Assembly (NCBI GenBank): GCA_003971905.1
Contig: RSEE01000077.1
Location: 1-64,000 of the forward strand
Length of the DNA: 64,000 nucleotides
Reading direction: 5' to 3'
From: Moniliella sp. 'wahieum'
Lineage: Eukaryota
The notes under the pieces were generated by a model. It was not told the origin of the DNA. It searched no databases and saw nothing but the letters and a program-made list of their open reading frames with translations. Shown piece after piece: positions 1 through 12,439 of the stretch. The translations under genes and the position numbers were made by a program. The stretch's first letter is position 1. Each line of letters begins with the position of its first letter.

Positions 1-1279
1 CGGCCGACGCGTCCGTCGGCCACCTGTCCGTGCCCAAGCCACCTGTCCACCTCGCATGTCAATGCACACATGTCACAGCACTATCGCCAGTCACCAAAAA
101 ATCACTTACAGCTTGAACTAGCACTATAGTCACTTGACTATTAACAATCGTCAGTCTGTAGTGCAACGCCAGTAGAGGGGGGTATACCAGGGAAAGTTCT
201 CTGGTCACTTCTACGGTGTCACCGTTAAACCACTGGGAGCCAACTATGACCGGTATGACATGTACCCTGTCCAATCGGCTCTTTTCGTCTAGCCTCGTTC
301 TAGGTCTTGACCCGAATGCCTTCATTGGGAGCTCACCGGCAAAAACATGACTTGTGGAGAAACCACACTGTCCTCCACGACTGTCGCAGTTCCGCCCACA
401 TTCATATGAACATGCTACCAGCTGCTTGCTTCTGTATCTTTTTGCCGAGGCTGCGAGAACACAACCGTGTCTGCGTCCTGGCATCCACGGTATCCACCAC
501 AGTTCGCCAATGTGGATCTCTGTTTTCACTCGTGTAAGACCGGAAGAAAACCCAAGGGGTTGGGCGATGAACCTCTGGAAATGTAGAGCAATGCAATCGC
601 GGTGGTCGTGGTTAGGTCTAAGCCTTAATATGCCACCTAGAGAGACAGGGGTTCAAACAAACCTGAGTGTACACGTGGAGGCCTCTTCGGATGTCAAATG
701 AGGGGCAAAGAGTGAGAAGGCGCCTTGGCCTATGTACTGGACCCAACAACTCGGGACTGGGAGGTTTCGTGGTTGGGCAGAAAAACATGTCCAGCCTGGT
801 CTTTGTCCTATACTTCTTCCCCGGGGAAAGAGAAGACTGCATTCGCGGTCTCTAGTTTCAACAGGGACAAAAATTAAGCTCGAATATATTAAGCTCAGCC
901 ACCCTGCTGGTCTTTGCCTCTCCTTGGACCTATTACCGGTTGTTGCCTTTAGGCCTTATCTTCAGAAAGGCCTTACAGCTAGTTGCGCCTGAACCCCACG
1001 TGTGCATCATTCTGACACGAGACCTTAGGCCTTAGTTGACATGTTGACAAGACGTGCAGTCCGGTACTGAGTACAATCCCCCTGCAGAGGGACATCAATG
1101 AATGAGCGACCATACCCGTGTCTCGTCGGGCTGCAGCAACATAGGCAACAGACGCAAACAAAGAGAACATAGAGCGTGGAGGTCCTAATGGGCCTGACGC
1201 GGCGTGAGCGCGTGAGGCCTGAGGATGGACTCTAGGAACCTCGGCCAAACGCACGACCGTAGGCTGCAGCGTGCTGAAA

Positions 1280-1436
1280 TGTGAAAGACCAACAGAGAGC
1301 AGGCAGTTGGTGGTGTGATTACATGGCACATGGACTACACAGGCAAGAGGATACTCTGCCCGGAGAATATCGGAAGGAAGGCACCGGAAGGATCCGGCCA
1401 GAGCTACCGGCGTCACTACACCAGTGTGGCGCTACA
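1280..1436 (-). mobile_element. Diverged solo-LTR-like dispersed repeat, copy A
   Basis: Aligns by eye with 24832-25006 (shared CAGAGAGCAGGCAGTTG.TGGTGTG, GAATAT.GGAAGGA, ACCGGAAGG.TCCGG, GTGTGGCG). Minus strand reads TGTAGCGCC...TTTCACA (TG..CA ends). No clean TSD. Confidence 0.5.
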
Positions 1437-2610
1437 AAAACCGGTTGGTGTGGACAGTATGGATGGAGGTCCGGGTATACAGCCGGTGGGGCTGGAGTTG
1501 GGGGACGGATGGACGCCGCCCTGCGTCGCATTGCTGGGCAGGGAGTGGGTTGGGGCGAACCAGCACCGGGTATGTGGGGTGTGCAAGGGTGCACATCCTC
1601 TGGCGTGTTAATAATGTCCATCCGCCACCATGCACAACCCCGCACCTCTGGTGGCCAGCTAAATACGTTGACGGTGGGGACGATAGCTGGACGAGGGACA
1701 GCGACGTGGGGGGGGGGGGCAGTGAAGCTAGTGACTGTGACTAGTGACGCGTGATGGGTGACGGTGACTCGCATCGCACCTCTCCTGGATCCTTGCTGAT
1801 CGATGATCGATGATCGCGTCATGATGAAAGCGGCCTTACCGCTCCGACGTGAGGGGCGTGAGATCGAGACGTGCTGCCCTGTGCCGGCACACGAGGTGTT
1901 GTGCCCCACTGGAGAACTGACCCTGGCCTGGCTCCGTTCCCCTCCGCGGCGACTCCACATGCATTTGCAGCGCACTCCATGCGTGCGCAGGATGGCTCTG
2001 AGATCTGGCGCGCGTTCCGAGAGGCAGGGGATGCAGGCAGGCAGACACCATCTCGGTGGTGGGGTTTGCACGTGGGCTGGACGCTGGCGGCATGCTGCGT
2101 TGGATGGTGTGTGGACAGGTGAGCGTTGCGGATATGAGGGGACCGGGCGTTGAACGTTGAGAGCGTGTCTGGGTGTGAGAGGGGCCGATCAGACGGAGTG
2201 GGTTTGAAATGGGTGGGCCTCAAAGCCAAGGCGAGCGCTTCAGCATTGGGGTTTGGCGTGTGTGGGACATTGCCACCAGCCGCATGCTTCAGCGCTTGCC
2301 GACCTGAGACTTGAGGCGGTATTGAATATTGATTATCGATTGTGTGTGCGAGCCAGCGCCTGCCTGCCGATCCTTCGCCTGGCGTCGGAAGCAATACTAA
2401 TACTACCAGGCGGCGGGCAGGGGGGCACTGGGCTGGGCGCAGCCAGGGGGTTGTGCTTGGGTTGCCCCGCAGCGGCCGCGGGGACGCACCGCACGGGCGG
2501 AAGGGGGCGGGGCGGACAGCGGCGCCAGCGGGGCAAGCCATCGGCCACGGGGGCGGTGTGGCTGCTTTGTGGGTAAAGCCACCGCCAGCAGCCACCCCGC
2601 TGCCCCGCGG

Positions 2611-2618
2611 TTATATAG
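2611..2618 (+). promoter_or_regulatory. TATA-like box upstream of the acyl-CoA synthetase
   Basis: TTATATAG about 140 bp upstream of ATG 2753 in a GC-rich context. Confidence 0.4.
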
Positions 2619-2752
2619 CAAAGCCCCATTAACTGCGCACTCGCTGCGTCCACAGCCCAGCCCTCCCTGCACTGGCACCCTCCCTCCGCCGCATCCACCC
2701 CACCACCACCACCACTCGCACCTACCCCCCACACCACACTCCCTGACGCAAC

Positions 2753-4970
2753 ATGCCCGTGCGCCACCACCATTCTGCCACCGTCGAGGTCGGCGGCCCC
2801 GCCCAGCCGGGCGAGACACGCGTCCGCCGCGCCTTCTGCAGCCCCGACAAGCTGGTTGAGGGCCCCAACGACCAGGTCAAGACCATGGCGATGTCCTCAC
2901 CTACGCGGCCAAGACCTATGGCGACAAGCGCGCTGTCGGCTGGCGAGAGATCATTCAAATCCACACGGAAAAAAAGAAGTAACCAAGACTGTGGGCGGCA
3001 AGGAGGTCAAGGGTGTGTGCATGTTCCCTGTGTAGTGTAGTTTTGTGCTGGATTCGGGGTGGTGGACCGGTACTGATCTGGATTGGTTGTGGTGCTACGC
3101 AGAGACCAAGAAGTGGCAGTACTATGAGCTGTCCGGGTACCAGTACCTCTCTTACAACCAACTTCTTGAGAAGGTCAAGATTGCTAGCAACGGTCTTCGT
3201 GCGCTCGGCCTCAACGCGGACACCCACTTCAACATTTACGCCCAGACCAGGTGAGTAGCGCGCTTGCTCGCTTTCTTCTGTTTTTGTTGTTGGCTAGTGG
3301 TGGTAGTCCTAACGATCTCTTGTTGCTCCTGTCCTCTTGTTCTCCATCAGTGTCAACTGGCAGATTCTTGCGCACGCCTGCACACGGCAGAGCATTGTGT
3401 TTTGTACTGCGTACGACACATTGGGCGAGGAGGATTGACGTTTTCTCTCAATGAGCCCGAAGTACAGGGCATCTTTACCAATGGTGCGCTGCTCAAGACC
3501 CTTGCTGCCGTGGCCCCCAACACGACTCACCTCAAGTACGTCATCTATGACGGAAAGATGAGGCGCAACAGGTGCCTAAACTGCAGGAAATTCTTGCCGA
3601 GCCGAGCGCGGTGGCAAGGTGATCACGATCGACGAGCTGTACAAGTTGGGCCAAGGGATGGCCGACGAGCCTAACACGCCCAGTCCCGCATCGCTGGCCT
3701 GCATCATGTACACTCGGGCAGCACGGGTACGCCCAAGGGCGTGCTGCTGACGCACAAGAACGTGGTGTCGTCAGTGGGCACAGTGTCGTTGCTCCTGGGT
3801 CCCTACTTTACTCCGGACGATACGTTGCTCGCCTACCTTCCTTTGGCGCACATTCTGAGTTTGTGGCTGAATGCTCCTTGATCTGCGGTGGGATCACGCT
3901 GGGGTATGGGCGAGTCAAGACCCTGACCACGGCCAGCGTGCGCAACTGCAAGGGCGACCTGCAAGAGTTCCGCCCGTCACTGCTGGTAGGTGTGCCGGCG
4001 GTATTTGAGACGATCCGCAAGGGTGTGCTGGCTAAGGTCAAGCAGGGCGGGGTGTGATGAAACGCTCGGTGTTTAACACGGCGCTCAAAGTCAAGCAGGC
4101 CAAGTGCCCGGTTGGCAGGCGTAGCGGACCATATCTTTAATGTGGTGCGTGCGCAGACGGGCGGGCGACTGCGTCTGGCCTTGTCGGGTGGCGCGGCCAT
4201 GTCCAAGGAAACCCAGCGGTTCATCAACAACTGTCTCGTCACCATTGTTCAGGGGTACGGTATGACGGAATCGTCGGCCATGTGCGCGATTGCCACGCCC
4301 GAATTCAACTCGGGCTACTCGGTTGGCGTCATCTCGCCGGCCATTGAGGTGAAGCTGGTTGACGTGCCCGAGGCGGGATACAAGGCGACCAACACGCCGC
4401 CCCAGGGAGAGGTGTGGATTCGTGGCAATGCCGTGTGTTCGGGGTACTATAAGCGTCCGGACCTGACCAAGGAGACCATCACAGAAGACGGTTGGCTCAT
4501 GACGGGCGATGTGGGTCAGTTTAACAAGGACGGTACCCTCTCGCTCATTGATCGCAAGAAGAACTTGGTCAAGCTCGCCGGGGTGAGTACATTGCGATTG
4601 AGGCATTGGAATCGACGTACAAGAGCAACGAACTGGTGGCCAACATTTGCGTTGTCGCCGACTCGAACGCCAACAAGCCGATGGCGGTTGTGTACCCCAA
4701 CGAAGCCAATCTGAAGATGGCTGTCAAGGGCGGAGCGATTGCTGGTGCCCAATCGAGCTGGGACTTGGAGCAGCTGTGTGAGAGCCAGCCGTGAGCCAGT
4801 ATGTCCTGCGCTCGTTGGGGAACACGGCCAAGGCGGCGCAATTCAAGCCACTGCAGATGCTGCAGACGGTGCTGTTGGTCCCGACGCTGGATGTGACGGC
4901 GGCGCAAAAGATTGAGCGCAAAAAGGTCGAGGCAAAGTACAAGGCGGCCATCGCCAAGATTTACCCGTAA
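2753..4970 (+). CDS. FAA1: Long-chain fatty acyl-CoA synthetase (Faa1/Faa4/Lcf1 family)
   Basis: N-term VEVGGPAQPGETRVRR; AMP-binding MYT(S)GSTGTPKGV near 3706-3743; GYGMTES; WLMTGDVG and IDRKKNLVK; ends AIAKIYP* at 4970. Introns ~3013-3102 and 3251-3350. Several single-base frameshifts. Confidence 0.93.
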
Positions 4971-6017
4971 GAGCCAGCGTACGCTGCACTGGACCTTACT
5001 CACCCGTGTTCATTCACTTGATTCTCCTCTCTCCTCCTTTTTTGTATATTCTACCATCACCCACCCTCGTTTTCACCTTTGTGCGTGCCCTAGCCTCACC
5101 GGGACCTTGTCCGCTTCTCCCCTGCTTGGGTCCTTCCCCGCCTCGTTGCGTGTGGTAGCATACATTTACATTGTCACGGCGGCCCGCTTCGGCCGACCCG
5201 TCGTGACCTGTCGTGCTTTCCTTTGCTCTCCACCGACCCTCCCTTCCTCTTCGATGGTCTGGCCATGGCCATGGCGTTGGCGTTGGCTTGGCTTTGACTG
5301 GCGACGAGGACCGAGGAGGCCTTGTACACATTCTTTACGGGGCACTGAACGTGCCCCCTGGTACAGTGTGTAGAAGTAACGCTTCTAACGTTGGAATGAT
5401 ATACCCCAGCACTCGTTGCCCTGGAGCGATCATCGTGATCACCTCGATCTCCCCCGACTAGAGGGGGAATGCACCTACATGTAGCACGCGACCCGACCAT
5501 CTTAACTGCCCCGGGTTCTCGACGTACGGAGAGGGAGCTGGAGCAGCGAAGCGAACGCAGTGCAAGTAGACACAGCGCCCTGCTCACCGCTTCCTCACCG
5601 CGCCTCACCAATGGGTCTCGACGACCGCGCATACATGCACCCCAAACGTGCGCGGGCTAGGTGCCCCTCCGAGCCTCAGAGGTCTGAGGTAGCGGATGAA
5701 TCAAATGATGCTGTCTGCTCCTGGTCTGTACTGGTCGGGAAAGAGCCTCACCCAATCTCTCTGCCTGCTCACTATGACCATGCCCAAGTCAAGTGCCCCC
5801 CCCCCTAGCTAGACCTACCACTGCATGTTGCGTAGCTCACGGCCAGATGGATGTATCATTTCGTCTTCCTCCCCTTGCCGCAGTGCAAGCAAGAGAAGAG
5901 GTCCGGCCCCACCCCCCTGCAAGCCCGAGAGTGGGACAAGAGATGCATACGACAATGACGACAAGCGTGGAGTACAGTGGGTGACAGTTGGTGACAGTTC
6001 TTGACAGTTGGCGGTTG

Positions 6018-6126
6018 GAGTGGAGTGGATTGGAATGGACTGGATTGGATGGATGGATTGGAGTGGATTGGATTGGGTTGGATTGGATTGGATTGGGTTC
6101 GATTGGATTGGATTGGATTGGATTGA
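6018..6126. repeat. Degenerate (GGATT)n pentanucleotide microsatellite
   Basis: About 20 units of GGATT/GGAGT/GGAAT/GGGTT between two convergent genes. Confidence 0.9.
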
Positions 6127-6237
6127 CCTCCCCCGCGCGCCACACCCCTCACGCGCAAACCCGCCAGTAAGGGGAAATGCCCACGACCATGTTCGTTCCC
6201 TTTTCCCTTTTCCCTTTTCCTTTTGCGTTTTGCGTAT

Positions 6238-9156
6238 TCAGTTTTCAGTTTTGGGCCGGGGCCGTGTCGAGATGCCAGGGCAGTCCAAGATGGGAGGCGA
6301 AGCATGGCTTTCGACTTGCGGCCGTACGGCGTACGGAGTCCGGCCTACGCTTCGTTCGCAGCGACCGGTTCGATTGACGGGCGGCCTCGCCCGGGCGCAC
6401 CGAGACTTTCGGGCACAAGAGCGGTGTGCCCATGAGCGTGCCCATAGCGTGCGAATGGGTAGGAACGTACACTTGCGCTTGCGCATGAAGCTGTGTGGGA
6501 GCGGGGGCGGAAGCAACGGGCGCCTGGACCGATACGGGGGTAGAGGCGGGCGTTTGTGCGTGTGCGTGTGGTGGGTTTGGGTTTGGGTTTGGGCTTGGGT
6601 TTGGGCTTGTGCCTGTGCCTGAGTTTGGGCATGAGGTTGCGCTTGCGATGGCACCAAGGCCGGTGCGTGCGGCGGGGCATGCGGCGGGGCAAGGCCATAA
6701 GGATAGACCGAATAAAACGGTGTAGGGAGAAGTACTGCCCGGGAGGCATGTACGGCGTGTACATCATGGGCATGGAAGCGGCGGGCACTTGTGTGGCCGC
6801 CGGGAGGAGGAAGATTCGGGTGAGCTGCCGGTCCCAGCGACCCGCACCAGTGAAGCTGCGACGAGAGGCGGGCGGGCGCGGGGTACCAGATGGTCCAGAC
6901 CACGAAGGTCGGGTGGACAGGAAGCGCGTTTTTCCATTTGCTGGAGCGAGGTTTGGGCGATGGGATGTTGTGCCCCCTGGACTGGTTAGGAGCGATTTAG
7001 GTGCGCCAAGGCCACGGAGTCCCTTGGTCCTCGGGAAGGATCGGGTTGCGTTCTTTCCCCCATCCCATTTGAGCGTCGAGCCACGCAGGCTCGCTTGGGA
7101 CTTGCGAAGCTGAACAATCGCTTGGGCTGCCAGTTGGTGGCTTGTGAGACGCAGAAAGGCCCAATGATGATCCTGCTGCAACCGCACGTCCGTCACGAGC
7201 GGTGGACGAGGACGTTCTTCGCCCCCTTCTCCCTTGGATGGAGACGGGTCTTCACCTTCGTCCCCTCCCTCCAGTGCGGCCTGGCTCACGAGGGCGACAA
7301 TCTCCTCCTTGTGGGCTTGCTCGGGCAAGTTTCCCACATAGATCGTCACCGTTGACGACGGAGCCGCAGCGAGCACCAGCGCAAGGTCCGTGCCGCCCTC
7401 GAGTGTGGGCTTGGAGCGTCGGCTCGTCATGCGGTCCCGCTGAGGCGGGCCGAGCGGAGGAACCGAGTGCGAGGTCAATCCCAAGGCGGAGGTAGAAATG
7501 GCTACTGTCTCCCGTTGAAGGCGACATGGCCGAACCAGGCGACGAGCCCGATTCCGCCGCGTCCAGCGTAGAGTCGGTAGGGGAAAGACTGGGTGGCACG
7601 AGCGAAGGGTCACTGGCCGCTTCCGACTGAATGGGCAACAGGCCTTGGGCGCCAAAGGCGACAACTCGGACGGTACCGCGTCCCCGGCAGAAAGAGGGAC
7701 GCGGTAGAGGGGAGAGGTATAGGAGTTCATCGGCACACGGGCAAAGGACGCTTGCATCGCAACTTGGTGCTGAACACTTTCGTAGCTCGCCGCACTAGTT
7801 GTGTTCATGCCACGCCTGAGTTCGAGGGAGCAGACTCGATAGAACAACGAGGCACTCGGTCTGCGCATCACTGTGTCTGTCCCGGTGGGGAGTGTGTGTG
7901 GGCGGAATCTCGTCGATCCAGGCCTGGCGTAGAAGCAGTCGCGCCAGAGGCAGAAGGTGTTGTGGACGGTTCACCATCCTGTGATACAGGTGACGATTTG
8001 GGGGGCTCTGCTGGGTCCTGGTCCAAGGCAGGCTGCCCAGGAAGAGGCGATGATTCTCCAACCCCTGGAAAGCGGACCGTTTGCTGCGGGGGATGGCCCA
8101 GTTCAGACGGAGCGGACGCCCATGCAGTGATTCGCCCGTATACTCCTGAATACATTGTTCTGCCTCAGCCCGGTCGGAGAGCGTGGCAAATCCAAACCCG
8201 CGACTGCGGTTGTTCAAATAATCCCACTTGACCCGCACATCCACCAAGGAGGTCAGTCGCGGAGCAAAGTAGGCGCGCAAAATTGCTGTCCACGTCCGAG
8301 GCCAAATCGCCAATGAAGACCGTGTGCGGGGTCACGTCACTGGCCGTGTCGAACGATCGACGGGACGAGGCGGGCTCGTTGGGGGAGGGCAAGGGAAGGA
8401 GGGTTCCCGTCGACCCTGATCGCGCTGGTGGGTGCACAGCGAATGAAAGGGCGCCGTGGGGTGGGTTGGCGGGTGCGGTGGCGATCGAGCTGGCCGTGCT
8501 CGCACGCCGAATGGGTGTGAGGGAAGGGAGGGAATGGTGATGCTGGGCGGGGTGGTGGGGCTGGGCAGAGGCATACGACCGTGGATGAGGAAGCGCAGCC
8601 AACTGGTGGGGGGCTGCACTGGCTAGGGGCATGGGCAGGCTGGGAGGGGCAAACTGGACATGCGTTGTAGGCGGCATAGCTCCATAGGGCAGAGGGCGGG
8701 GGAGGAAGTACAAGCCCGGTTGAGACGGCGGGGGCGGGGCAGAGGGGTAAGGGGTAGTAGAGGTGGGCGGGCCGTAGTGCCGTGCGGGGTGGCGGGGCAG
8801 CGGAGAGTGCTGTTGGTGGTGGGGTGGAGGCGCGCTGGGTGGCGGCGGCGGGATGCCTGGCGGGGCGGCGGTGGGGGAGGCGCTGGGGGGGGAGGGGGGG
8901 GATGGTGGGGGGCAGGCGAGACGCCGAGGGGCAGTTCCATGAGCATGGATCCATGCAAGCGCTGGACAGCCTGTGCCGCTGCGTCCGAGTCGGCGAAGGT
9001 GACAAAGGCGTAGCGGGCACGCGACGGCGAGGACTCGACGAGGCGCACACTGCGCACGTCGCCGGCGCGGCTGAAGACGCTGGCGAGGGCGTCGTCGGTG
9101 ACTGTGGAGGCCAAGTTGGTGACGTGCACAACCGAGGCAGCGTCGTCGTGCGCCAT
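6238..9156 (-). CDS. Three-RRM RNA-binding protein, Pub1/TIA-1/Nam8-like
   Basis: RRM1 VVHVTNLA...RYAFVTF (9156-8930); RRM2 TVFIGDLA...RSRGFGFATL...GRPLRLNWA (~8325-8090); RRM3 TIYVGNLP...HWAFLRL (~7350-7070). Long Pro/Ser linkers and a QAQT tail. Frameshifted; 3' end approximate. Confidence 0.8.
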
Positions 9157-10149
9157 GGCGGGCAGCGGGGCGGGCGGGGCAGAGGAGTATGGAGGACTAG
9201 GAGGGTGGGATGCGCATCAGCTGGGGTGGGGTGAGGGGGGCGCTGAGAGGTGGCGGTGGCACAGGGCGGCACAGCACGGCACAGCACAGCGGCGGGGGAG
9301 AGGCGCTATGGAGGGGAGGGGGAGGGGGAGGAGGAGGAGGCGACGGAGAGGCAGAGGCAAAAAAACGATGAAACGAGCGAGTGATGGTGGATGGTGGTGG
9401 TGTGTGGTGGTGTGTGGTGTGGGGCAGCGCAGGGCAGGGCACAAGAGTGTCGGGAAGTATACGCAGCCTGCGCTGAGGGGAGTGGGGCGGGCTGCATGGG
9501 CAGCTGCAGGCTGCATGCACGCTGGGCGGTGCCCGACGGCCGGTGGCGGGGCGCTAGTATGCGTGCCCCGCGGCAGGGGGGCCACCCAGCACCCAGCACC
9601 CAGCAGAGCGCCCCTGCCCGAGAGATGCCCGCAGCAGGCTGGCCGTGTCGGCCAAGCGAGCGCACGCGGTAGCGCAGTGTGCTCGCTGTCAGGTGGGCTG
9701 TGCGCCGAGCAGACGGCGGCCGTGCGCGGGGGCCGATGCGGCACGCGAGCTAGTGCGCACAGTGGCCCGTGCGGCGGCCTGCCGCGTACCCTCCCGACGC
9801 CCGACGCCCGACGGGGTATTCTTGCCTGGTATTGCCTGGCATTGCGACATGGAGTGCTAGCCAGCGAGAGCTAGCCTAGCTTAGCTCAGCCCAGAGCAGC
9901 CTTGCGCCGCACCCCTTCTCCGCTCCTCCGCCTGCTTCCAGCCATGTTCCAATCCTCCCTGTGCCATGCTTGAGCTTCAAACGTGAGGCCAGGAGGCCTT
10001 CCCGCTCAGATGCCCGCTCACCGGCGCACCGGCACTCACCTCGGGCCCCGGCCCCCGCTTCTGGCGTATGCTCAAGTTGGGCAGCGCTCAGGCGCTCAGC
10101 TGGCCCGGGCTGAGCAGCTGAGCTTGCTCGTCTGACTGGCACTTGGCTC

Positions 10150-10189
10150 TTAACGTTTAAGGTTTAACGTTTAACGTTTAACGTTGAAC
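10150..10189. repeat. (TTAACGT)n heptamer tandem repeat
   Basis: ttaacgt ttaaggt ttaacgt ttaacgt ttaacgt tgaac. Confidence 0.9.
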
Positions 10190-10943
10190 CCAGTTGCTTC
10201 CAAGCTTCGTCCCCGGTCCCCCCAATGGAGCCGTGTCGCAGGCCTGTCGCAGCCTTTTTGCCACCCCCGGCCGTCGTCATCGATCAGATTGATCATCGAT
10301 CATCCCAGCTCCAACGCCCGGATGCGGCCAGTGCGGCGCTGCCTTGGCGCTGCCCGCCACCTGATCATCGTTCACCCACGTTCACCGATCAGCTGTCACT
10401 GATCAGAGACCGCTCGATCATCGATCATCGATCCCTGGCATGCCACATTTCAAAGACGCTGGACCAACGTACGTACGTGCACGTGCCTGCTGGCGCTGCG
10501 CCCGACCGCATGCGCCTGCCCCCGCCATCTGATGGATGGGGCAATGATAAAGATGCAGATGCCTCCTGCATCCAGTCTGCATGCCCCTGGCAGGTTGTGC
10601 GTTGGCCAGGGTACAGAATACCCTGCCCGTCTCTTCTCTGCCCCACCCCAACCGCATCCAGGGCCAGAACTCAAACTGACTTGTCCGATGTCAGATGTCC
10701 CTGTCCTGCCGGTGGTGCGCTGGTGGCCCACCTGAGCGCATTGGACGTTGTGAACGTTAATTGGTGTTGATAAGCACCCCCACTTGCTGATATGCCCCCC
10801 CCCTCGCATCCATTTTTATGCTGCACCCTTGCTTTCCTCCCTCTTCTCCGTCGTACCCAGCTGGGGGTGCCTGGCGCCGGCTCACTGGGCACTCCTGCCA
10901 CCCCCCCTCTTTCTTCCGCCCCGCGCGAATTCGGCAGCCTCTC

Positions 10944-11103
10944 TGTTGACATCCGTCCTAGGACGCGCGCGGACCCTGAGTCCGTGAGTCAGCTTTCATT
11001 CCTTCCGAGCTCGCACCAGTCTTCTGGACGAGTCAGTCGCAGAAGCTTCTTAGTCCAATACGACGTTCAGTGCTCACATTCTGTGGTAGTAGCGAGGCCG
11101 ACA
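10944..11103 (+). repeat. 5' LTR (160 bp)
   Basis: TGTTGACATCC...GAGGCCGACA, direct repeat of 15844-16004. Confidence 0.95.
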
Positions 11104-11157
11104 GAGTTACATCATTATCTGCTCATCCCTGAGCTGGCCAAAACTACACCCACAACC

Positions 11158-12373
11158 ATGGGCGCCAACGCTAACAACCGATCTCTCGGTCAGCGACACC
11201 ACAATGGTGAACAAGCGCGATTACTGGACACCAACCGACCGTCGGTCGCGATCCGCCACCGATTGGCACCGACAACGAGGAACTCATGATGCTTTGCGCC
11301 GAAGCGCACCTGTGGTTCAAGAAGACGAACGACATCGATGTCGTTAAAGAGAAGATCAACAGAGCTATACACTACAGAGCCGAGTGGCTTGGATGGAAGG
11401 ACGAACCTACGTCTATCACGACAAACTGGGTTCGACGGGCTACGATTTTGTGGTGCAAAACATCCACCAAATGGAAACTCAACCCAACGCAACTTTGGGG
11501 GCACCTACAGGCGCAGCCTCGCGACCCGAGTCGACCTTTACAGATCACTACGCGAGTCTCCCACCAAGAATATCAAGTGGCCTGATCTGAACAAAGCCCG
11601 TCCGCCTACAGCGCTGGGAAGACGAATTTCTTCGCGATAACAGATGCCCACCCCCACGCAAGCGACGTCGTCCAGAATGGTCGCAGCTCCCGCTACTTCA
11701 CGAGGACCTCGACAGACGCTTGCACAACCTTCTTAGGAAGCCATGCCGTCAACCCTCTTCCGGACGATCCGCACCCACCACGAAATATCATGCACCCAGG
11801 ACACGCTGAACATGCTGCGTCAGCGGTATGGATATACGCCTACCGCAAACAGAGGGCCTCTACTCATTCGCTACTTTCGCCGACCAAGGAAACCGATCGG
11901 GTCGAGACTACCTCGAGACTACATGGAAGAGATCAGTGCAAGCCTGACGCGAGCGGGCATCCCACTTACGGAAGAGCAGGAACGCACTGGGATCCTACTC
12001 GGCTTACGCGACATGAGCATTCGCCAGCGTGAAGAGGCTCGAGTCTAGACAAGTTACGGCAGGCCCGTGATGGACATACAGCCAGCCACGTATCCGGTGG
12101 AGAAAGGAAGAGAAACGGAGGCAAGCCGGTCAACGGAGGAACGCCTTGGACTCGACCCGACAGCGGGGGACGACCCCCAGCGGGGGAAAAAACTCCAAAC
12201 TCCAGCGGGGGCAAAGCCGGCGACGACAACCTCGCGGACACAAGACCAAGGGGCAAGACCGCACCAACCAACCCTGGCGCAGCGCGACGTCTAATAAACT
12301 GTTGTCCCCCTCCGCGCAACCCAGGCCGAGCCAACGCTCACGTCGCTCAGAGAGCGAGCTCTCCCGAGTCTGA
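11158..12373 (+). CDS. gag: Copia gag region (fragmented by frameshifts)
   Basis: First ATG after the 5' LTR; chain of overlapping ORF fragments upstream of the protease; assigned by position, limits approximate. Confidence 0.55.
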
Positions 12374-12439
12374 AGTGATTGACGTTGATGCGGGCACAGC
12401 TGACTACTAGGAACTCGGGGGCGAAATGCGAATCATCCG

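Noticed and set aside
59..1270. Short ORFs and a TGTCACAG start suggesting a gene or TE relic
   Set aside because: No recognisable motif in any frame; no partner repeat or TSD found.
9098..9874. 258-aa and overlapping GC-rich ORFs upstream of the RRM gene
   Set aside because: Low-complexity, stop-poor promoter DNA; translations lack any domain.
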